Assembly (NCBI GenBank): GCA_965222535.1 | Contig: OZ244957.1 | Coordinates: 1,539,550 to 1,603,549, forward strand | Reading direction: 5' to 3' | DNA length: 64,000 nt | Source of the DNA: Gammaproteobacteria bacterium | GTDB lineage: Bacteria; Pseudomonadota; Gammaproteobacteria; HK1 | In this document: one piece after another, positions 1 to 9,712 of the stretch | How positions within the stretch are numbered: position 1 is the first letter of the stretch | Layout of the letters: each line of letters starts with the position of its first letter | Notes under the pieces: model-generated | The model's database searches: none | Seen by the model: the letters and a program-made list of their open reading frames with translations, nothing else | Told to the model about the DNA's origin: nothing | Program-made: the position numbers and the translations under genes

Positions 1-1
1 C

Positions 2-230
2 GCGCAGATCGTTGAGCAGCCCCATTCAAGCCCGCCAGTTTCGATGATAGGGCACGTCACTTCGGCGTACTGGAGCGCAAGCTTAGGTCATGCGATTGCC
101 TTGGCTTTGGTGCACGATGGGCGTCGCCGGAGGGGAGAGCTGGTACACGTCCAGTTGTCCGATAAGGGCCGGGCGGCACGCGCACGCATCGTCGATCCGT
201 GCTTCTATGATCCCAAAGGAGAGCGTCTCC

Positions 231-238
<8 letters not shown>
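2..238 (+). CDS. soxA: sarcosine oxidase alpha subunit, C-terminal end (5' part lies outside the window)
   Basis: The frame is open from the window edge to TGA 236-238. The tail GHVTSAYWSASLGHAIALALV...ARIVDPCFYDPKGERLRG resembles SoxA/GcvT-type C-termini. A SoxG-like gene follows directly. Confidence 0.6.
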
Positions 239-960
<722 letters not shown>

Positions 961-1386
961 TGATTGACTGGGGCGCGGAGATTATATGCCAGACGCAAAA
1001 CTTGCATTTTAGGCAATCGAGCAGCAACAGACAACGCTAAAACCTGCCTAACGCAAGGGGGCCTCAACTCGCTTGTGAGCCAAAACTCCCCATAAATCAA
1101 AAAAATGCTACACTTAATGCTCCCACAACAAGTCGTCTACGGCGCTATGCGGCGCTTGCGGGTTAAAATAATATCCATAAATATCAATAGGTTATGAATT
1201 CGTTATCCGTCCTCATGAGCTCAAAAAAACTTAATTGGACCTATTGCGGGACTATTAAACTTGGTTCAACCCATCAGTATTGTTGTATACTAGATTGGTG
1301 TACGACCCGATCATTCAATTGCAACGGTTGGATGGTTATATCATGTTTAGATTCGCGTAGTTCTCAAAACCGTCAAGGTTGATATC

Positions 1387-1833
1387 ATGAGCGATTTACA
1401 AGAGACCGATACCGGCACCCCCCCTTATCTTGAGCACTCGAACGCTGAGTCCAAAGAACGACTCCCCGCTGAAGAACAAGGGGGCAGACTGAGTGATAGT
1501 GAGATTGAAACTCGGCTCAAACAAATCAATGAAGCCCGTTATCTTAAGCACTCAGACGATGAGTCCGAAGAACAAGAAGGCCAGTTGAGTCTTAGTGAAA
1601 TTGAAGCTCTGATCACAGAACAGGAACGGGAGCTCAAAATTCCAAACCGTTCCGATACCATTCGGAATGCTATCCTTAGTTTCAATATCTATCCTGAAAG
1701 GGATCCCTCAAGGTACTTCATAAAAGCCAACATTGCCCGTTCGTCCGCAGCCGCACTGGCATCGGATTGGAATAACGTATTTAAGGATTTGCACGTCTCT
1801 TTTTTGAGAGGCATCGCTAAGATTAAACGCTAG
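1387..1833 (+). CDS. hypothetical acidic protein with an internal duplicated motif
   Basis: 148-aa ORF in a low-GC block. It has an internal repeat: YLEHSNAESKE..GGRLSDSEIE and YLKHSDDESEEQEGQLSLSEIE. I recognise no family. Confidence 0.45.
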   Translation: MSDLQETDTGTPPYLEHSNAESKERLPAEEQGGRLSDSEIETRLKQINEARYLKHSDDESEEQEGQLSLSEIEALITEQERELKIPNRSDTIRNAILSFNIYPERDPSRYFIKANIARSSAAALASDWNNVFKDLHVSFLRGIAKIKR

Positions 1834-1872
1834 TTCGTTCGAACAAACAAAAGTCTCCCGGTAACCATTCTC

Positions 1873-2355
1873 ATGGTAGCTAAACGCAGGAAAACCAGAA
1901 ATAGTCGAACAAACAAAAAACACCCGGGGGCGTTAGCACAACCATTACCTGATGAGCGTAGCCCAGAAACCATCAAGAGCGAGCAGTATGGGGGTATTCT
2001 CGCAGTTAAATCTGAGGAGTTCTCCGGTCCCTTACCTCCTCCTGAGCTTCTCAAGCAATACGATGACATTGTCTCAGGTTTCGCTGATCGTATTATCTCA
2101 ATGGCCGAGAAAGAACAGAGCCATAGGCATCAATTAGGGCAATCAGCACTGAGCGGTGTAGTAGCTTCTGCGAAAAGGGGACAAATTCTCGCTTTTACAA
2201 TTTGTTCGCTGCTCCTATCATGCAGTGCTGGACTTATTGCATTGGACCATGACATAGCGGGTGCTATTCTCGGTGGCTCCACTCTCGTCGGATTAGCCTG
2301 CATCTTTATTACTGGACGTCGCAAAAAAAACAGCAACCCAACAAGCGACACCTGA
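1873..2355 (+). CDS. DUF2335-family membrane protein
   Basis: PPPELLKQYDDIVSGFADRIISMAEKEQSHRH is followed by two predicted TM helices (ILAFTICSLLLSCSAGLIAL and GGSTLVGLACIFITG). This is the typical DUF2335 layout. The gene starts 40 nt after the previous ORF. Confidence 0.65.
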   Translation: MVAKRRKTRNSRTNKKHPGALAQPLPDERSPETIKSEQYGGILAVKSEEFSGPLPPPELLKQYDDIVSGFADRIISMAEKEQSHRHQLGQSALSGVVASAKRGQILAFTICSLLLSCSAGLIALDHDIAGAILGGSTLVGLACIFITGRRKKNSNPTSDT

Positions 2356-2523
2356 TCGGATGTCAACGCAAAGCTAAAAGGTTCCCTTTTTTGTCGTAAC
2401 TACCTACCCCCAAGCGATAGGCATAGGGCAACCTAAGGACAGGTTGCTTGAATCCAACGTCAGGTTACGGCACTGACGATCGCTATTACGATACTGATAC
2501 CCGCTATTGCCCACGCTATCTTC

Positions 2524-2976
2524 TTATCGCGCCTTTCTACCCTTTCTCGCTCCTCCGCCTATCCTTTCTCGCTCCTCCATACGATCCGACATTTTCACTA
2601 TTTCGGGCAAGTAGGCATCCTTGAAAGCATTATAATGCTCGATCAATAAGGGGAAATCGCCATATATTTCATCGTATATCTTGTGGCGGTTTTCAGGGTT
2701 CCTACGGGAGTTTGCAACTTTGCTATTAAGGCGGGCGATATCTTTGATTAGATCGGGATATTTTGCTACCAACACTTGATACGCTGCATCCGGGTATTCT
2801 TGGCGAACTACATCCAGCTCTTGAGATAATTCCAATAAGACACCATCAAACAAGTCGTGATACGCACAATAAAGCGCATGTCTTATTCGTTGTATCAGCT
2901 CGGGATGACGGTCTTCCTCTTCACACGTGAGAAATTCCATGACTGCCCGAAGTGCATATCGAAATTCATTCAGCAC
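2524..2976 (-). CDS. hypothetical protein
   Basis: 150-aa ORF with a GTG start in the low-GC islet. I recognise no family. It may be the distal part of a frameshifted larger gene (see findings). Confidence 0.4.
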   Translation of the reverse strand: MLNEFRYALRAVMEFLTCEEEDRHPELIQRIRHALYCAYHDLFDGVLLELSQELDVVRQEYPDAAYQVLVAKYPDLIKDIARLNSKVANSRRNPENRHKIYDEIYGDFPLLIEHYNAFKDAYLPEIVKMSDRMEERERIGGGARKGRKAR

Positions 2977-3080
2977 TTCAGCCGGAAATTCTTTCTGGTG
3001 TGCTCATAGTCCTTACATCGGCCTGCAATCGGATTGTGCAACTGCGCCAGTTGTTGAATTTCCTTCTTTCGATCCATTGA

Positions 3081-3278
3081 TCAGATGCCAAAAAATTCTT
3101 TCAGCCTGACCATGCGCGCCGGTTGCTCTTCACGCATTTTTTGTATTTCTTCATCAGAGGTAACCATGCCCCTTTGAAGCAGAAGATTGCCTCTTGCCAA
3201 GCGCTGCATCCTCGATTCCGATATTTCGTCAAGGATGCGCTGTACCTTCTCCTCAACTGTATTATCTGCTTTTTTCAT
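3081..3278 (-). CDS. hypothetical small protein
   Basis: 65-aa ORF on the same strand as, and upstream of, 2524-2976. No family recognised. Confidence 0.3.
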   Translation of the reverse strand: MKKADNTVEEKVQRILDEISESRMQRLARGNLLLQRGMVTSDEEIQKMREEQPARMVRLKEFFGI

Positions 3279-4007
3279 GTGACTCTTCCAATAGCGTGGA
3301 CAATAATAAAATCAGAGGGGTATGAAAAACCACGAGGATTGCCCGCAAGGACTGAGGGGCAATTCTTTGGAGGGGCGTCAGACTGCATCCGATGTCGGAC
3401 GCAAGTCTGGCTGGGTAGCTTATAGCAAAGCTTAAAATCAAGGTTAGCCCCATTCTCTTCCGCCCCAAAGGCGGGGGCACTGGGCTTGTTGCAGCAGCGC
3501 CGTTCGGCTCCAAAACCGTGTCAAGCTTCGCCTGCCCTCACTCCTGTGGAATGGCTTTCTCCGAATGGGGGGAGGGCAGCGTAGAGAGCTTTTGCATATT
3601 CCTTACTACCAGCCGTATCTTTTATGGCTAGCTTCCGTAAAGTATATTTACAATATCAAGAATCAGCAATAACTTCTGATACTTTCACAAACAATCCATT
3701 TGTTTCTGTTTATGGCGTTATGAGGGCCGATAACAAATCCATAACTTATTGGTATTTATGAGTATTATTCTTACCTGTGAGTGTCGCATATCGCCGCAAA
3801 CGGCTTATTGCGAGACCATCAATGTTGAATTGACCGACACGATTTTGCGCGAAGCCGTGAAGCTGTATCAGGAGTTGATCTTCCCAACCCTACACAGCAG
3901 TGATGCCTAGGGTTGCCAATACAGTGCCGAGAACGTCGCAACGCCAACCGGATTCAAACACATTTACAACACCCTGCGGGAGGGGGCTGGCGCCTGTCGG
4001 GCCGACC

Positions 4008-4064
4008 TTCAACAGCCGGACAAACTCAAGCCAGCTGCAGCTCCTGAAAGCGGCGTTGCGGTGC
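4008..4064 (-). pseudogene. degenerate copy of the 3' end of rsmA
   Basis: About 47 of 57 nt match 4899-4954, the true rsmA 3' end. The minus strand reads APQRRFQELQLA then a stop caused by a 1-nt insertion, against APQRRPQDLQLAEFVRL in RsmA. Confidence 0.6.
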
Positions 4065-4068
4065 TTTG

Positions 4069-4356
4069 TCAGGCGGCGTCGAACGCAACTTTTTGGACAC
4101 CTGAAAGATCGGCTACTTTCCTCGCTAAATATAGGTCATAGTTGTGCTGCATCGCCAGCCAACTCTCTGGAGAGCGGCCCAGCCCCTTGGATAAACGTAG
4201 CGCCATTTCTGGGCTTATCCCGCTGCGCTCGCTAATAATGCGCGTGAGGGTCGAAGGGGACACCCCCAAACTATGTGCCAACGAGCGAATGCTGATACCG
4301 AACGGCTCGATGTAGGTGGCTCGGATAAACTCCCCTGGATGTGGAGGATTGTGCAT
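4069..4356 (-). CDS. higA: HigA-family antitoxin (XRE-type HTH)
   Basis: MHNPPHPGEFIRATYIEP...ISIRSLAHSLGVSPSTLTRIISERSGISPEMALRLSKGLG is the classic HigA/VapI pattern. The ATG at 4356 lies 1 nt after the higB stop. Confidence 0.85.
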   Translation of the reverse strand: MHNPPHPGEFIRATYIEPFGISIRSLAHSLGVSPSTLTRIISERSGISPEMALRLSKGLGRSPESWLAMQHNYDLYLARKVADLSGVQKVAFDAA

Positions 4357-4357
4357 A

Positions 4358-4636
4358 TCAGTGATAATCCGTGTAATCTGAAACGTGTACGTTGCCGCCC
4401 TTGAACTCAAATGTAAGCCGCCAGTTTCCGCTAACCCAAATTGACCAGCGCCCCTTCAAGTGCCCCTTGAGAGGGTGGAGTCGGTAGCCCGGAATATCCA
4501 TATCGTCAACGCTCTGTGCGGTATCTAGCGCCGCCAGTTGTAATCGAAGTCTGCCGGCATGCTGGGTCTGGATCCCAGATCTAGCACCGCTTTCAAAGAA
4601 CCGTCGAAGCCCCTTGTGCTGGAAAGACGTGATCAC
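4358..4636 (-). CDS. higB: HigB-family (RelE-like) toxin
   Basis: 92 aa. MITSFQHKGLRRFFESG...YRLHPLKGHLKGRWSIWVSGNWRLTFEF matches the plasmid-maintenance killer HigB pattern. The toxin precedes the antitoxin, as in hig loci. Confidence 0.85.
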   Translation of the reverse strand: MITSFQHKGLRRFFESGARSGIQTQHAGRLRLQLAALDTAQSVDDMDIPGYRLHPLKGHLKGRWSIWVSGNWRLTFEFKGGNVHVSDYTDYH

Positions 4637-4674
4637 GCACTAAGTATAGCTTGTTGCGCATCACGCAACAAGCT

Positions 4675-4855
4675 GCCTAGCGCCGTGCATGACCGAGGGC
4701 GGTAGTAAGGCTCTGGGATGGTTTAATATTTTAATCCTCAAACTGCACAAGCAATGCTTGGCAGTTGCGGAGAGATTTGCAGAAAAGACGTTTGTATTGG
4801 GGAAAGGGTGAGGGCGTGTTTAACCCACCCAAACGCGGTACCCCCAACTCCCAGT
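4675..4855. repeat. family-B composite intergenic repeat copy
   Basis: Shares long blocks with 52960-53120 (ctctgggat..tttaatattttaatcc..gcacaagc..ggcagttgcggagagatttgcagaaaaga.gttt.tattgggg.aagggtga.ggcgtgtttaac) and with 53148-53168. Confidence 0.8.
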
Positions 4856-4873
4856 ACAGCCTTCGCTTTTGCC

Positions 4874-5692
4874 TTAGCGGCGGCTTAGCGGGGCGACATT
4901 CGACAGCCGGACAAACTCAGCCAGTTGCAGATCTTGCGGGCGGCGCTGCGGTGCGATGGCGGCCATCGCCAAATGCTCGGCGCTGCACAGCGGGCGCAGC
5001 GCATTGGCGATGGTCTTGCGGCGTTTGCCAAAAGCGGCGGCCACCAACTGCGCAAAAGCGGCTTCATCCTCGGCGTGCGGCGTTGATCCCGGCGCATGCG
5101 GCGTCAGTTGCACAAGGCTGGAGTGCACCTTGGGCGGCGGGTAGAAAGCCTGCGCGTCAACCTGCAACAGCGTGCGGATCTCACAATAATACTGCGCCAT
5201 CACGCTCAAGCGACCATACGCCGCGGTCGCTGCCGCCGCGGTCAGGCGCAAAGCGACTTCGCGTTGCAGCATCAGGTACATGGATATAATATGGTGCCGA
5301 CTGCGCAGCAGATAAAATAACAACGGAGTCGTAATGTAGTATGGCAGATTGCCGATCACGCGCAACTGCTGATCGCGGTCGAGAGCGCAATCGTCTGCCC
5401 ACTTCCGAGACAGAATATCGGCGCAGTGTACGCGCAGCCGCTGCGCGTCAATAAACCGCTTGGGGAGCGCTTTGGTGTGCAACTTACGCGCCAAGTCACG
5501 ATCAATCTCGAACACCTCAAGCCGGGCACCGCGTTGCAGCAGCGGCTCGGTCAAGGCCCCGGTGCCAGGGCCGATCTCGACCAGGCGCTCATCTAGGGCA
5601 GGGTTGATCAACGCTACAATCTGCTCAATGACGCTGCGGTCGCGCAAAAAATGCTGCCCGAAACGCTTGCGTATCGTATAACCTTTAGGCAT
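4874..5692 (-). CDS. rsmA: 16S rRNA (adenine1518/1519-N6)-dimethyltransferase
   Basis: KRFGQHFLRDRSVIEQIV, SAM motif VEIGPGTGALT, and GNLPYYITTP. Confidence 0.95.
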   Translation of the reverse strand: MPKGYTIRKRFGQHFLRDRSVIEQIVALINPALDERLVEIGPGTGALTEPLLQRGARLEVFEIDRDLARKLHTKALPKRFIDAQRLRVHCADILSRKWADDCALDRDQQLRVIGNLPYYITTPLLFYLLRSRHHIISMYLMLQREVALRLTAAAATAAYGRLSVMAQYYCEIRTLLQVDAQAFYPPPKVHSSLVQLTPHAPGSTPHAEDEAAFAQLVAAAFGKRRKTIANALRPLCSAEHLAMAAIAPQRRPQDLQLAEFVRLSNVAPLSRR

Positions 5693-5709
5693 CGCTAATA
5701 GGTGCCGTG

Positions 5710-5852
5710 GGAAACCCGCTGCGCCCGCTTTTCGAGGCCCCAGCTTATGCGGTTGGATTGGGGAAAGGTAATATTAATCAATGGCTTACGAAATTACTCA
5801 GAGCACCCCTTCCCCTCCATCCTGATCCCCTTCAAGGTTTTTTTTAGGTTCC
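5710..5852. repeat. family-A MITE-like element (full length)
   Basis: Contains the internal boxes cttttcgagg, attggggaaaggtaatattaatcaa and ccccttcccc, and the terminal box ggttttttttaggttccc. It matches the copies at 31120-31270 and 36054-36218. Confidence 0.8.
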
Positions 5853-6093
5853 CTGATGTAATTATTTGACGCCGCAACGCGCTTGTCGAGTTAAAATGCC
5901 GCGATGACAGCCGCGGAAACATGCCGCAGGTGCTTGTGCTTCGCATCGGGTGGCTGGGTTTGCCGCTCGGATTTGCCGCTCATTGGGGTAGATGGAGCGG
6001 CTGATCTGCACCGCTTAGCATGGGGGTTTTGCGCACCGCCCGCAAGGGCAACGGCAAGGGCGAATGACTGACTACGATACCGTCATACTACAG

Positions 6094-6140
6094 GGGGCCT
6101 CGAAAAACCTTTCTAGGATGAGGATTGGGGGAAGGGGCAC
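6094..6140. repeat. family-A MITE-like element, partial, inverted relative to 5710-5852
   Basis: ggggcctcgaaaaacctttctaggatgaggattgggggaagggg is one terminal arm of the family. Confidence 0.7.
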
Positions 6141-6176
6141 CATGCAAAGATACATAGTCGAGCAAGGGAGAAGATA

Positions 6177-6734
6177 ATGGCAAGAGGCATCAACAAGGCA
6201 ATCCTGATCGGTAATCTTGGTGCCGATCCAGAAACCCGCTATACCGCCAATGGCAGTGTGATCACCAATATCCGTATCGCCACAACCGATCAATGGCGCG
6301 ATCGTCAAAGCGGCGAGTTGCAGGAACGCACTGAATGGCATCGGGTGGTGTTTTTCGGTCGCCTCGCTGAAGTCGCCGCGGAGCACATGCGCAAAGGATC
6401 GCAATGCTACATTGAAGGCAGGATCCAGACGCGCAAATGGCAAACGCAGGATGGGCAGGATCGCTACAGCACTGAGATCATCGCCAGTGAGTTTCAATTC
6501 CTCGGCGGGCGCCCGTCCTCTGGCTGGCCCCCTGCAACCGACCACGGCGCGGGGGCGGCCCACGGCATGCCTCAGGAGGAGGTGGAGGGGGGGCTTGCGC
6601 CGGCGCCGCCTGAGCAAGCATCAAGCAATCCCCCAGCGGAACCACACCAGAGGCAAAGCCAGCCCCCAAGCCAACCCCAACCCCGAGCAGCGACCGGCGC
6701 CCCCCCCTTTGACGATGATGATATTCCGTTCTAA
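6177..6734 (+). CDS. ssb: single-stranded DNA-binding protein
   Basis: [25 protein letters not shown]-fold N-terminus, a Gly/Pro/Gln-rich linker, and the C-terminal DDDIPF tip. An RBS (GGGAGAAG) lies upstream. Confidence 0.97.
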   Translation: MARGINKAILIGNLGADPETRYTANGSVITNIRIATTDQWRDRQSGELQERTEWHRVVFFGRLAEVAAEHMRKGSQCYIEGRIQTRKWQTQDGQDRYSTEIIASEFQFLGGRPSSGWPPATDHGAGAAHGMPQEEVEGGLAPAPPEQASSNPPAEPHQRQSQPPSQPQPRAATGAPPFDDDDIPF

Positions 6735-6815
6735 GGGGGAAGTGTGGAGTGCGCTGCGGCACTTGATCCGCCGCGCCAGCGGCGTTCAAGGATCGGGCAA
6801 GCGTGTACCGGGTTT

Positions 6816-9602
6816 TCAGGATTGAGGCTCTTTGCTGACCGAAACGCAGTTATTGATTCCCAGATCTTCGATGATCTGTATGAGTTCGCTCTGGAAGGCG
6901 TTGGCGATCGCCGCGTCAACGCTGACGCTGAGAGTGATGGCCGCCTTCAGGCCGTCGCCGGAACGCAATTTCGGGATTAGCTTGCTACCCATGCGGTTCC
7001 ACATTTCCGGCGGCACCTTGCCCGCAATGCAGATAGTGTGGCGCGCCCCAGCAATTTCTGGTGCGCCCTGCGCGGCGGGTTGCGGGGCGTCTGCTACGCC
7101 GCCCCCCTGAGGGTGCACGGTCGCCGCCGCTGCCGCCGCCACTTTGAGCGGCGTGGCGGGCATCGTCAGTGCGGCGGCTGTTTCCTTGCGCAACAGGAAC
7201 ACCCCGGCCTCGAACGTTACCTCGTCGGGGTCGATCGCTTCCTTGAACCAGATGCGTTGGTAGGTAGCGTCTGGCTGTTCCCCAGAGGCGAGGCCAAACT
7301 CGCCCTTTTCCACGCATTCGACGATCTTATTTTTGAGGGTGTGGTCGGGATCGAACAGCCGTGTCAGGGTGCCGTTGAGGAAGCTCTGGCGCAGGCCCGA
7401 GAGCGGCCAAGCACCCGTCGCTATAAGCGCGGGCGGCCAGTTGCGCTCCACATAGCCTGCGCCGACGGATTCGCTGAGCAGCGCCTGCGATTTGAGTGCC
7501 GTGGTGATGCGTCCGCACAGGCTCTCGCTGCTGCTGGCGTGCCCCACGCCAAGGTCATAGTGCGCGATCCCGTCCGTTTGATCCTTATCAGCCAGCACCA
7601 CATAGCGGTAGTCGCCCCAGATCTGGTCGCGGGCGACATCCTTGGCCTCGGCCGTCTTGTGCTTCAGGTCGGTTCGATCAAAATCGCTGCCCAAGGTGCC
7701 GGCGGCGACCTCTTGGGTGACGCGCTGCCAAGCCAGCCAGCGCGCTACCTTCTCTTGCAGCGTGCGCCCCGGTTCCTTGAGCGTGAACACCAACGCGCCC
7801 GGATAGAGGCGCGGTGCGGTGCCGCGGTGCTGCGTCCATTTGGCGATCTCCTTGCGCACCGCGGCATCATCGCCACTGGCGTTTTCTGGCTCGCTTACCA
7901 CCAAGGTCAGCCGCGGTAGGTCGGTGATGGCGCTGCTGTCGGTGGGAAAGAAGACACGCGGGATATTCGCCCCCGCATTGAACTCCCCCTCGATCAGATC
8001 GCGCAGGGCGGGTTTGATCTCGCTGTCTTCATCGAGTGCCGCGCGGCGATCGTTGACCACCTTTTGCAATGTCGGCGTGTGACCTATCTTGAAGCCATCG
8101 CTACCGACTTTGCGCAGGTAATAGGCGCGGCCTTCTAGGGTCAGGGCCGCATTGTCCACCGAGGTGGTATCAACCCCGGGCTCACCGAGGGCAAAGCGCA
8201 ACTCCATCCGGTGGGCGACCTTGTTCACCTGACCGCCAGAGGACTCGAACAAGATGGTAGTGCCGACGCGGCGGTGGATATCGCGCAGCGCCCCGGTGGC
8301 GTCCGCATCGAGGGCGCGTGCGTGGGCTTGCTCGCCGGCGATGTCGGAGTGGATAGCGGCAGATAGGCGCTCCTCGCCGACCTGCCCCAAGACCGTGCTG
8401 AGGAATTGCGGATCGTCGAGCGGTGCTGAGCCGAGGGTAATCAACGGCTCGTCGCGTGCCTTGGAAAAAGCGTCCCGGTAGGCACCGGAGAGCCACTGCG
8501 CCAGCATCGCCAGCGTGCCTCGCGTCTGTTGGAACTGCGCCAGCGCCTGCCATTTGCGCTGAAACACCGACAGCGTGGCGGGATGGAAGGGGTAGCAGGC
8601 GGCAAAGCGTTGGCGCAGGCGGGTACGCGCTTGGGTCTCGGTATTGGCGCTGTCCACCGCCGTCCACTCGGGCGGCAACTGCGCGCGGCGCTCGAAGCAC
8701 CAGTCGGCGTAAGCCTTGGCGACCTTGGTGCGCGTCCGCTCGTCGCCCAGCGTATCAAACAGGCGGCGGCGCACCACCTCGCTGATTTCGGCCTCGTCGT
8801 TGGCGATCAAATCCTTGGCAACGCGGCGCACCACTTTGGTAATCCGCTCCTGCCACAGTAAGTCGAAGTCGGTCATCTCAACTTCGCTGCGCGGCAGGCT
8901 GATCACCGCCGCGCTATGGGTGGTGGCTGTCATGGCGATGGTCAGGTTCTGGATGAAGGCATGAAACGGCTCGGCCAAGGTACGGTGGCGGTTGATGAAG
9001 TTCAACACTTCGTCAAACAGGACCAGCACCGGCGCGTCCGCGGCGGCGAAAATGCGCCCGAGCGCGGCGGTGCCGGGCGGCGCCTGCCTGGCATCCTTGC
9101 CCAGTGCGGCAACGCCGGCATCCCCGGCGATCTGCCGCGCTAAGTCGATCCACGGCATCTCGTGCCCGGCCTGCGGATCCCAAGCGCTGCCGACAAACAC
9201 CGCCACCTTGGCGTGGGGTGCTTTGCCGATCCGTGCCCGCTGGAGCAGCTCTGCCACCCCATCCAGCTTAGCGACGTCCGTACCCGCGGTGGCGATATGA
9301 TACAGCGTCGCCAAGGTGTGCGTTTTGCCGCCGCCGAACTGGGTCATCAGCGCCGTTACTGGCGGGGCGTTGAGCGTCTGCCCAGCCAAACGCCGCAGCA
9401 CCATGCCGGTGTGTTCGCGCAGCGCCCGCGTAAAGCAGGTGCGGGCGAAGAACTGCCGCGGGTCGAGGTAGTCGGCGGGTGCGTTGCCCGCCACCACTTG
9501 TTCAAGGTCGATGGCGAACGCGGCGGGGTCGAAAGAGCGCCCCTCGCGCACCTCCGCACGCGGGATGGCAGCGTGGTACCAAGGGGTTAGTTTGGACGGC
9601 AT
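6816..9602 (-). CDS. DUF499-type (BrxC/PglY-like) AAA+ ATPase, last gene of the defence operon
   Basis: 928 aa. N-terminal LTPWYHAAIPRAEVREGRSFDPAAFAIDLEQVV and Walker A TQFGGGKTHTLATLYH are DUF499 hallmarks. GGAG lies 7 nt upstream of ATG 9602. Confidence 0.85.
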   Translation of the reverse strand: MPSKLTPWYHAAIPRAEVREGRSFDPAAFAIDLEQVVAGNAPADYLDPRQFFARTCFTRALREHTGMVLRRLAGQTLNAPPVTALMTQFGGGKTHTLATLYHIATAGTDVAKLDGVAELLQRARIGKAPHAKVAVFVGSAWDPQAGHEMPWIDLARQIAGDAGVAALGKDARQAPPGTAALGRIFAAADAPVLVLFDEVLNFINRHRTLAEPFHAFIQNLTIAMTATTHSAAVISLPRSEVEMTDFDLLWQERITKVVRRVAKDLIANDEAEISEVVRRRLFDTLGDERTRTKVAKAYADWCFERRAQLPPEWTAVDSANTETQARTRLRQRFAACYPFHPATLSVFQRKWQALAQFQQTRGTLAMLAQWLSGAYRDAFSKARDEPLITLGSAPLDDPQFLSTVLGQVGEERLSAAIHSDIAGEQAHARALDADATGALRDIHRRVGTTILFESSGGQVNKVAHRMELRFALGEPGVDTTSVDNAALTLEGRAYYLRKVGSDGFKIGHTPTLQKVVNDRRAALDEDSEIKPALRDLIEGEFNAGANIPRVFFPTDSSAITDLPRLTLVVSEPENASGDDAAVRKEIAKWTQHRGTAPRLYPGALVFTLKEPGRTLQEKVARWLAWQRVTQEVAAGTLGSDFDRTDLKHKTAEAKDVARDQIWGDYRYVVLADKDQTDGIAHYDLGVGHASSSESLCGRITTALKSQALLSESVGAGYVERNWPPALIATGAWPLSGLRQSFLNGTLTRLFDPDHTLKNKIVECVEKGEFGLASGEQPDATYQRIWFKEAIDPDEVTFEAGVFLLRKETAAALTMPATPLKVAAAAAATVHPQGGGVADAPQPAAQGAPEIAGARHTICIAGKVPPEMWNRMGSKLIPKLRSGDGLKAAITLSVSVDAAIANAFQSELIQIIEDLGINNCVSVSKEPQS

Positions 9603-9618
9603 CGTGGTTCTCCTTAAG

Positions 9619-9712
9619 GGGCTTGTCTATTGGGGGAAGGGTTATAAGTCAATAGCTTACGTTACAGGTGATCATGCCCCTTTTCCCAAACCCGCAGTTT
9701 TTCGAGGGGCCT
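9619..9712. repeat. family-A MITE-like element (short form) inside the defence operon
   Basis: ggggcttgtctattgggggaagggttataagtcaa...gccccttttcccaaacccgcagtttttcgagggg. It fills the whole gap between the stop at 9713 and the ATPase start at 9602. Confidence 0.85.

Noticed and set aside
3900-4235. 111-aa plus-strand ORF.
   Set aside because: It runs antisense through higA and the rsmA-like remnant. It has no RBS and no recognisable family.
4765-5289. 174-aa plus-strand ORF starting in the family-B repeat.
   Set aside because: It is antisense to rsmA, which has unambiguous motifs, and its start lies in repeat sequence.
5853-5900. Sigma70-like promoter (TTGACG ... TTAAAAT) between the two inverted MITE arms upstream of ssb.
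   Set aside because: Spacing between the -35 and the best -10 candidates is 19-20 nt, and the site is about 290 nt from the ssb start. This is not supportable from sequence alone.
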